Source: Candidatus Velthaea sp. (GTDB lineage Bacteria > Vulcanimicrobiota > Vulcanimicrobiia > Vulcanimicrobiales > Vulcanimicrobiaceae). Taken from it: a stretch of 53,540 nt of DNA. The notes beneath the pieces were generated by a model. That model did not search any database, was not told the origin of the DNA, and saw only the letters and a list, made by a program, of their open reading frames with translations. Below, in pieces: positions 46,671 through 53,540 of this stretch (its first letter is position 1; each line of letters opens with the position of its first letter). The stretch lies in NCBI GenBank assembly GCA_050012475.1, contig JBEKHC010000057.1, forward strand, positions 1-53,540, read 5' to 3'. A program made the translations under genes and the position numbers.

Positions 46671-48215
46671 TTGGCACGGTCGACCGTGCTGGTCATGTTC
46701 GCCACGCTGGGGTCGACGATATTGGGGTTCGCGCGCGAGGTCGTCACGGCGCGCTACTTCGGCGCAAGCTCGGACCTCGACGCGTTCCTAGCGGCGCTGG
46801 TCGTCCCGACGATCCTCTTCGGCGTCTTCAACGGTGCGCTCGTCAGCGCGCTGGTCCCGATTTTTTCCGGTTACGTGTCGACGAGCCGGCCGGCGGAGGC
46901 TGCTCGGCTGGCCTGCACGCTCATTCTGAGCATCTCGATCCTGCTGGCCGGAGCGGCGGTCGTCGCCTGGTTTTTCGCCCCGTACTACGTCCCGCTGATC
47001 CTGCATTTCCCGCACGATCGGCTGGCCCTGACCGTCAATTTGACGCGTTTGTTGTTGCCCATGATCGTCGCGACGTCGCTCTCCGGCATCATGGCGGCCC
47101 TGCTCAACGCGCACCAGCGCTTTGCTGCGTCCGCGCTTCAGGGCTTGGTGCTCAATGCCGCCGTGATCCTGGTCGTCGAGTTCGGCTTTGCGAAGTACGG
47201 TGTGGCGACGCTCGTGTTCGGCACGGTTTTAGGCTATTTCGCGCAGCTTGCCGTTCAGCTGCCGGCGTTCTTGTCGCTGAGCGGTCTGCGCTGGTCGATC
47301 GATCTCAAGCACCCCGGCCTCAAGAACGTTTTCGACATGCTCGGCCCGGTCGCGATCGGTTCGGCGGCCGGCCAAATCGCTCTCTTTTTCGACCGGTTCT
47401 TTGCCTCGGGTTTGAGCGTTGGTTCCATCTCGGGGATGAACTACGCCGTCAAGATCGTCGGCTTCCCGCAGCAGTTGTTCGTCAGCGCGATCGCGACGGT
47501 GATCTTTCCCGTCTTTGCCAGCCAATTCGCCAATCGCAACCGGCTCGGTATGCGGCGGAGCATCGCGACGAGTCTGCAGCTGGTCATCTTTTGCACGGTC
47601 CCTTCGGCGCTGGGACTGATCATGCTGGCCGGGCCGATCGTACGAACGCTGTTCGAGCGGGGCGCGTTCACGACCGAGGCGACCGCGCTTTGCGCCTCAC
47701 TCCTGCCCTACGCGTCCGCCGGGCTCGTTGCTTTAGCGGCGAACGTCGTCTTGACGCGCTGCACGTTCGCCTGCGGTCAGGCCCGCCTAACCGTCACGAC
47801 GTCGGTGGCAACGGTGGTGCTCAACGTGGTGCTCTCCCTGCTCTGGCTGCCGACGCTCGGCGCTCGCGGCCTGCTGCTCGCCAACACGGTGAGCCAAACG
47901 CTGCAGACCTTGGTGCTGGGGTGCATTGCTTGGCGAGTCGTCGGCGGTTTTGACGCGCTGGGCGTCGGCCGCTCGTTTCTGAAGATTCTCGGCTGCAGCG
48001 CGATCATGGTCGCCGCGCTGCTGGTGGTTCAATCGTTCGAGCCGCCCGTCGTGAGCGGGGAGCTTTCCCGCATCGTTTCGCTGGGCGAGCATCTGGCCTT
48101 CGGTGCCGCTGTCTTTCTCGGACTGGCGCGGCTCGTCGACAGCGAGGAAGTGCACCTGGCGATCGCGCTGATCGTCAAGCGTCAGCGGCCGCCCGATCTC
48201 GTTCCGCTGCCGTGA
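46671..48215 (+). CDS. murJ: MurJ/MviN family lipid II flippase
   Basis: ILGFARE...YFGAS...DAF, ALVPIF, DRFFAS.L..G....NYA, TVIFP, LFERGAF. Confidence 0.88.
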   Translation: MARSTVLVMFATLGSTILGFAREVVTARYFGASSDLDAFLAALVVPTILFGVFNGALVSALVPIFSGYVSTSRPAEAARLACTLILSISILLAGAAVVAWFFAPYYVPLILHFPHDRLALTVNLTRLLLPMIVATSLSGIMAALLNAHQRFAASALQGLVLNAAVILVVEFGFAKYGVATLVFGTVLGYFAQLAVQLPAFLSLSGLRWSIDLKHPGLKNVFDMLGPVAIGSAAGQIALFFDRFFASGLSVGSISGMNYAVKIVGFPQQLFVSAIATVIFPVFASQFANRNRLGMRRSIATSLQLVIFCTVPSALGLIMLAGPIVRTLFERGAFTTEATALCASLLPYASAGLVALAANVVLTRCTFACGQARLTVTTSVATVVLNVVLSLLWLPTLGARGLLLANTVSQTLQTLVLGCIAWRVVGGFDALGVGRSFLKILGCSAIMVAALLVVQSFEPPVVSGELSRIVSLGEHLAFGAAVFLGLARLVDSEEVHLAIALIVKRQRPPDLVPLP

Positions 48216-49558
48216 GCGGATTCGTGCTTCATCCGTGGACGATCACGCTCCACCACGACGTCGCCGTGCCGATCGACGTGCCCACGGCGCTGCTCTACCT
48301 CGTGACGGCGGCGATCGTGTGCGCGCTCACCGTGCGGCGGCCGGCATACGGCGTGGCGGCGCTCATCGTCCTGGCACCGATCGGACCGACTCGGTATATC
48401 GGTCCGACCACGATGACTCTGCTCAAGGCAGGTTTGCTGGGGCTATTGCTGACGATGGCGGTCCGGCGTCCCGATTTCTCGGCGCTGGACACCGGCGTCG
48501 TGCGGGCGGTGGTGGCAAGCCTGATCGGCATCGAAGCCGCGACGGCATTAAGCGCGATGCATGCCGACTTCTATGGGCCGGTGATCCGCGAAGCCGCGAA
48601 GACGCTCGAATACGCGGCCCTGTTCCTCGGCGCCGTGATCGCTTATGCCAGCGATCCTGACGACCGGCCGTTTTGGATCGCACTGCAGATCGTCACGGTG
48701 GTGGTCTGCGTCGATGCCCTGGCGCAGTATGTCGTCGGTGCCAATTCCGGGATTTTCATCGGCGGTCACCCGGTCCCGCGCATCGCCGGAGTGCTCGAAG
48801 GACCCAACCAGCTCGCGGGCTGGCTCGAGGTCGTCATCCCGGTGCTGTTGGCGCGGAACTTGCTCCATCGCGACGGGGCCTTGGTCGCCGTCGTCGCGTT
48901 GGCCGCGTTGACCGAGCTGCTGACCTTCTCGCGGGCCGGCATCATCGCCACGGTTTTCGCCAGCGCGGTCGTCCTCATCGTCATGCGCGCGCCGCGCAAG
49001 TTCGGCATCCGGTTCGCGGTTGCCACGATCACCGCGACGGTCATTCTGGCAGTCGTCGCGCTCAAAGCCGGCTTGCCGCCGGGCTACTTTTCGCTCGATC
49101 AAGTGCCACAGCAAGCCGACCATCTCGGCAACCGGCAGATGCTCTGGCAGGCCGCGATCGACTTGTGGCATACGTCGCCGATCTTTGGTGTTGGAGCGGG
49201 CAATTACGAGCTCGATCTTCCGCGCGTTGGGCTGGTCGATGTCCGAACCCACGCCAACAGCATCTATTTGCAAAGCCTGGCCGAGGGTGGAATAGTCATG
49301 TTCGGCGCAACATTGTGCATGTTCGTCACGATCATCGTCGCGTTGGCTCGGTCGGCGGTGCGGCGCCCGATCGTGGTCGGCATGCTCGCGGCGACCGCGG
49401 CATTGGCTGCGCATCAGATCTTCGACTACCTGTTTTTCTTTCCCAAAGTCGGTTCGATGTTTTGGCTGACGCTGGGTGTCGCGGTCGCCGAAATCTCAGC
49501 CCAGACGTTATTTGCCCGGCGCCGGTCGCGTGTGCTCATCCCCTCGGTGCCCCTCTGA
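48212..49558 (+). CDS. O-antigen ligase / Wzy_C family polymerase-like membrane protein
   Basis: Multi-TM; RIAG..EGPNQLA, TFSRAG, R..LWQAA......PIFGVGAGNY, HANSIYLQ.LAEGG. Confidence 0.88.
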   Translation: MSGFVLHPWTITLHHDVAVPIDVPTALLYLVTAAIVCALTVRRPAYGVAALIVLAPIGPTRYIGPTTMTLLKAGLLGLLLTMAVRRPDFSALDTGVVRAVVASLIGIEAATALSAMHADFYGPVIREAAKTLEYAALFLGAVIAYASDPDDRPFWIALQIVTVVVCVDALAQYVVGANSGIFIGGHPVPRIAGVLEGPNQLAGWLEVVIPVLLARNLLHRDGALVAVVALAALTELLTFSRAGIIATVFASAVVLIVMRAPRKFGIRFAVATITATVILAVVALKAGLPPGYFSLDQVPQQADHLGNRQMLWQAAIDLWHTSPIFGVGAGNYELDLPRVGLVDVRTHANSIYLQSLAEGGIVMFGATLCMFVTIIVALARSAVRRPIVVGMLAATAALAAHQIFDYLFFFPKVGSMFWLTLGVAVAEISAQTLFARRRSRVLIPSVPL

Positions 49559-52029
49559 ACCCGCACGAGCGGCTGCGCGTCGCCCTCGTCACGCCGTTCT
49601 TCGGGCGCGATGCGCATCGCGAAGACGAGCGGTTTCTCTACCGCTTCGCGGCCGAACTCGCGCTGCGCGGATTCGTGCTCGACGTCATGACGACGTGTGC
49701 GCGCTCGGCGACCGACGATTGGTCGGCCAATTACTACCGCTCCGGACGCGATGACAGCGAAGCGTTCGAGATTCAGCGGTTCCGGGTCGAGTCGCGCGAC
49801 CGGCCGGCTTTCGACGCGGCGGTCATCTCGATGAGCGCCGGCGGCGACGCGTCCAGCCCCGCCGACACCGCGTTCCTTTTGCAAGGGGTGCGCAGTCCCG
49901 ATCTGCTTGCCCACATCCGGCGGGTCGCCGATCTCTACGATGCGTTCATCTTCGCGCCGTATGGCGCCGCGACCACGCTGCTCGGCATCGCGGCGGCGGT
50001 CGAACGCGCGATCGTCATGCCCCGCCTCGACGACGATCCGGTTCGATTCGCGCGGCTCGTGCGGGACCGCTTGCGTCCGGCACGCGCTTTCTTCGTTCGC
50101 GACGTCGCCGAAGCCGAAGCCCTCGTCGCAATTCTCGGTGCGGAGATCGCGCCGCGCTGTCTGCGGATCGGGCCCGCCGATGATACCGTGGAAGCGTGGG
50201 ACGCCACCTGCGCAACCGTGCGCGAGGCGATCGCCGCGCTGCCCGCGCTCGACGACGGGCGCACGCGCGAAGAGGCGCTGGCCCAAGTCGCCTATCTCTA
50301 TCCGCTGGTGCGCAAACAGCGCAGCCTCATCATCGGCATGCAAAACAGCCGGTTTTGGAAGCTGCGCAATTCGTGGTTCGCGCTCAAAACAAAACTTGGC
50401 ATTCCGGGCGAAGACATTCTGCCGACGATCGCGCCCGAGAGCGAAGCCGCTGAACTGCGTGCGGTGGGCGACCCGTATTTCATGTGGCGCGAGCGCAACG
50501 CGCTGCGGCCCACCGACGTGGATCGGCTCGAGCGAACCGCGGCGGTGCTGCCGCTGCGCGTGACGTTCGGCTTTTTGATCGATCTCACGACGGCGTCGGT
50601 CGACGACACGCGCCTCGCGGTGGCGGACCTGCGGGCCCAAATTTGGACCGAGTGGCGCGCCGTGCTCGTGCTGCCCGCGAAGGCACCGCGCGCGCTTCAG
50701 GACGCGCTCGCAACGCTGTGCGAGAACGATACGCGCATCCGGGTCACCGCCGCGCCGCTCGTGCGCGCGCCCGGCGAGTTGGAGACCGATTTCGTCTTGC
50801 CGTTCGAGCCCGGCGATCGGCTCGAACGCGACCTTCTCGTCGAGTTTGCGCTGGCGGCGAATTTCGACCGCGAGGCGGTTGCGCTCTACGCCGACGAGGA
50901 CGAAATCGGCGAACGCGGTTTCTACCGCTTTCCGTTCTTCAAGCCGGATTGGTCGCCCGAAACGATTTTGTCGCGCGACTATGTCGGACGGCCGTGTGCG
51001 CTTCAGGCAGCGCGGCTGCGGTCGGTGGGCGGGCTCGATCCCGGCTGCGGGCCGGCGATCTGGTTCGATGCGCTGCTGCGCTGCTCTGAAGACCGTGACG
51101 GCCACGTCGTGCACGTCGCGCGTGTGTTGTACCATCGTCTGCCGCGCGCGCAGGCCGGACGGCCGGAGGCCGTCCGCAAAGCGATCGAAGCGGCGCTGAC
51201 GCGGCGCAAACAAATCGTCATCCCGACCCGCGACCGTTCCGAACTCCTTTCGGCTTGCCTGGAATCGGTGTTCGGGCGCTCGACCTACGCGCGCTTCGAG
51301 GTCGTGGTCGTCGACAACGGCAGCCGCGAAGCGGCCACGCAAGCGTTGTTTGCCCGCTGGAGTGCCGCCGAGCCGGAGCGCTTTCGCGTGCTGCGCGCCG
51401 ACATTCCGTTCAATTATTCGAAGCTCAACAACTTGGCCGTGCACGCAACGACCTGCGACTACATCGTCATGCTCAACAATGATACAGTCGTGCTCAGCGA
51501 GGACTGGATCGAAGGGCTGCTCGAGCACGCTTCGAAGCCGAAAATCGGCGCGGTCGGCGGATTGCTGCTGTATCCCGACGACACCGTCCAGCATGCCGGC
51601 GTGATCTTGGGCGTACTCGGCTTGGCCGGTCACGCGCATCGGTATGCTTCGGCGCAGGCGCCGGGGTATTTCGGCTCGCTGCAAGCGCCGACGAACTACC
51701 TGGCCGTGACCGGCGCGTGTTTGATGGTGGCGCGGGAGAAGTATCTGGCCGTCGGCGGTCTCGACGAACAGCTCGCCGTTTCGTATAACGACGTCGACTT
51801 CTGCTTTCGCCTGCATGGCGCGGGGTACCGCAACGTCTATCTGCCGTACGTGCGGCTGTATCACTTCGAGTCGAAGTCGCGCGGGATCGACGACACACCC
51901 TCCAAAGTGCGGCGAGCGAACGAAGAGGTCGCGCTCATCCGGCACCGCTGGCCGAGCTTCGCCGTGGCCGATCCGTACTACAATCCGAATTTGACGACCG
52001 AAGCCGAAGACTTTTCGCTGCGGTTATGA
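49555..52029 (+). CDS. Multidomain glycosyltransferase (GT4 N-terminal half, degenerate GT2, GT2)
   Basis: Probable CTG start overlapping the upstream TGA; RVALVTPFFG; SRFWKLR; YADED...FKPDWSP; IVIPTRD, VDNGS, FNYSKLNN, LNND, AVTGAC, NDVDFC, HFESKSRG, DPYYNPN. Confidence 0.88.
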   Translation: MNPHERLRVALVTPFFGRDAHREDERFLYRFAAELALRGFVLDVMTTCARSATDDWSANYYRSGRDDSEAFEIQRFRVESRDRPAFDAAVISMSAGGDASSPADTAFLLQGVRSPDLLAHIRRVADLYDAFIFAPYGAATTLLGIAAAVERAIVMPRLDDDPVRFARLVRDRLRPARAFFVRDVAEAEALVAILGAEIAPRCLRIGPADDTVEAWDATCATVREAIAALPALDDGRTREEALAQVAYLYPLVRKQRSLIIGMQNSRFWKLRNSWFALKTKLGIPGEDILPTIAPESEAAELRAVGDPYFMWRERNALRPTDVDRLERTAAVLPLRVTFGFLIDLTTASVDDTRLAVADLRAQIWTEWRAVLVLPAKAPRALQDALATLCENDTRIRVTAAPLVRAPGELETDFVLPFEPGDRLERDLLVEFALAANFDREAVALYADEDEIGERGFYRFPFFKPDWSPETILSRDYVGRPCALQAARLRSVGGLDPGCGPAIWFDALLRCSEDRDGHVVHVARVLYHRLPRAQAGRPEAVRKAIEAALTRRKQIVIPTRDRSELLSACLESVFGRSTYARFEVVVVDNGSREAATQALFARWSAAEPERFRVLRADIPFNYSKLNNLAVHATTCDYIVMLNNDTVVLSEDWIEGLLEHASKPKIGAVGGLLLYPDDTVQHAGVILGVLGLAGHAHRYASAQAPGYFGSLQAPTNYLAVTGACLMVAREKYLAVGGLDEQLAVSYNDVDFCFRLHGAGYRNVYLPYVRLYHFESKSRGIDDTPSKVRRANEEVALIRHRWPSFAVADPYYNPNLTTEAEDFSLRL

Positions 52030-53333
52030 TGCAGCTGGCCGTATTTGCGGGGCGGGTGCGCAGCAGCGAACTCGTGCGGCATGGGTTGCTGGTGCTGATC
52101 AGCCTGACGGTCGCCAACGTTTTGAACTATGCGTTTTACGCCGTGGTGGGGCGCATGGTGGGCGTCGAGAACTACGGCGTGTTCAGCTCGGTCATTGCCG
52201 CGGTGATCATCTTCACGACGCCGGCGATCATCGGGCAAACGGTGGTCGCGAAGCTCGCCGCGGATTTTCGCGCCGCCGGCGACGCCGACGGTCTGCGGGG
52301 GTTCGCGAACGCGGTCACCCGGTTTTCGCTCGCGTTGGGCGGCGCGCTGGGCGTGGCGGGAATCGCCCTCGCGCAGCCCGTGGCGAGCTTTCTGCGCATC
52401 GCCGATCCGGTCATCATCGTGCTCGCTTCGGTCGCACTCGCGGGTGGAATCGTCATGTGGCTGCAGCGCGGCATCTTTCAAGGCGCCGGCGCTTTCGGCA
52501 GTTTCGGCATCTCGAACCTCATGGAGGGGTTCGGCAAGATGCTCTTCGCGGCGATCTTCGTCGCGTTGTACGGGCTGCGCGGTGCGTTCGTCGGGTTGGC
52601 GCTCGGCCTGGGCGCGACCGCGGTGTACAATGAACTTCGGATCAGGCAGCGCTTCGGTTCGGCGTCGCGCCGCTTTCACGCCGACCCGCGCCGGATCGCG
52701 ATCAGCGCATCTGCCACGGGTCTCGCGGTTTTCGCGATCACCGCGATGCTGTTGTTCGACGTGATTCTCGTCAAGCATTATTTCAATGCCCGCGACGCCG
52801 GTCTCTACGGCGCGGCCGCGCTGATCGGGCGCTCGTTCTACACCGTGGTATCCTTCGTGCCGACTATCGTGCTGCCCAAAGCGAGCGGGAGGGTTGCCGC
52901 TCGCCGCTCACCGCTGCCGCTGCTTTTCGGTGCCGGAGCAGTGACGCTGGGCTGCTGCGCGATTGCGCTCGTGCTGCTGCGCATCGCACCCGCTACCGTC
53001 ATCATCGGCATCGCGGGCAGCAAGTTCCTCGACGCGGCGCCGCTGGTCTTTCCCTACGGCTGCGCGACCGCAGCGCTGGCAACGGCCAACGTTTTTGCCA
53101 TGTACAAAATCGGACTGCACCGCTTCGACTTCGTCGGGCCGCTGCTGGTGGTCATGGCCGGCGAGGTCGCAAGCGTGGTGCTGCGTCATCGCGTTCTCGC
53201 CGACGTCTTGCAGACGATCGTGATCGGCCATGCGCTCGGCCTGGCGGTAGTGGTATGGCGGCTGACGGCGGCTCCAGCCGCGCTACGTATCCACGAAACG
53301 GTAGCCGTTCCCAGCAAAGGAGCAACCGGCTAA
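52026..53333 (+). CDS. Wzx-like polysaccharide flippase
   Basis: ATGA coupling; ANVLNYAF...GR..G.ENYG, RGIFQG, DVILVKHYF...AGLYGAA..IGR, VLPK; about 12 TMs. Confidence 0.88.
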   Translation: MMQLAVFAGRVRSSELVRHGLLVLISLTVANVLNYAFYAVVGRMVGVENYGVFSSVIAAVIIFTTPAIIGQTVVAKLAADFRAAGDADGLRGFANAVTRFSLALGGALGVAGIALAQPVASFLRIADPVIIVLASVALAGGIVMWLQRGIFQGAGAFGSFGISNLMEGFGKMLFAAIFVALYGLRGAFVGLALGLGATAVYNELRIRQRFGSASRRFHADPRRIAISASATGLAVFAITAMLLFDVILVKHYFNARDAGLYGAAALIGRSFYTVVSFVPTIVLPKASGRVAARRSPLPLLFGAGAVTLGCCAIALVLLRIAPATVIIGIAGSKFLDAAPLVFPYGCATAALATANVFAMYKIGLHRFDFVGPLLVVMAGEVASVVLRHRVLADVLQTIVIGHALGLAVVVWRLTAAPAALRIHETVAVPSKGATG

Positions 53334-53540
53334 GTCGCTCGAGGGCCGAACGTGCGCCGAGGACATGCCTGGCACTGCTGAGAAAGAACATCGGTGGAGC
53401 GCTATTTCCCGCGTCGTTCATTCCCGGAGTACACGCAATTCAACTGACCTTGGCCCCGCGTGAGTTGCGCGTAGCGTCGATCGATCTGGTCCGCCGACTC
53501 GAACTCGGCCGATTCGCCGAACTGGTCCGGATGTTCGCGG

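Noticed and set aside
48673..49554. N-terminal 294 aa of the 1118-aa ORF (likewise the extensions of ORFs 8093, 7236, 24481, 40823 and 21065)
   Set aside because: They overlap neighbouring real genes in another frame or strand; homology begins only at the trimmed starts.
53334..53540. Partial CDS at the right edge
   Set aside because: Open frames exist on both strands, but they are too short to decide strand or product.
1..53540. tRNA, rRNA, IS elements, integrase or prophage
   Set aside because: No recognisable signatures found by eye; short RNAs cannot be excluded without a covariance-model scan.

Overview
High-GC bacterial chromosomal window. Firmicutes-like gene order (mfd...prsA-yabN/mazG-S4, whiA-gap-pgk-tpi-gpmI) alongside diderm envelope genes (hldD, LptD/OstA-like) suggests Candidatus Eremiobacterota/Vulcanimicrobiota; this assignment is an inference. 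From start to end it holds: hutF/I/U/H; ada plus a 2OG-Fe(II) oxygenase; a small flagellar cluster (flgF-like, flgG, mini-FlgJ-like, fliA); a twin-cupredoxin lipoprotein; SemiSWEET; and a long housekeeping run (prsA, mazG, kal-like, S4, whiA, gap, pgk, tpiA, gpmI, punA). Next comes an ~8 kb accessory block between prsA and mfd (DUF2231-Rieske, PIG-L / acyl-CoA-DH-like / GT2 / NodS-like cluster, DUF1003, lipase-TspO fusion, secreted protein, palindromic repeat array), then mfd, CIRCE-preceded hsp20, an envelope/glycosylation region and the start of a polysaccharide locus. The most notable observations are: (i) an uncharacterised ~95-aa exported domain present twice, once fused to a GT-C glycosyltransferase, near a GtrB-type GT2, a CBM20-like protein and an LptD-like protein (candidate undescribed surface-glycosylation system); (ii) an in-frame ~60-codon loss in the Mfd motor domain and a similar gap in a glycosyltransferase; (iii) a hydrolase-TspO fusion; (iv) a recurring GGGTAY-N9/10-start motif; (v) an S9-peptidase relic in frame with pgk; (vi) a GCGAAGC-rich repeat/hairpin array; and (vii) probable non-AUG starts and head-to-head overlapping genes. 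No rRNA, tRNA, CRISPR, integrase or transposase was recognised. All family assignments are by eye, with no database searches.
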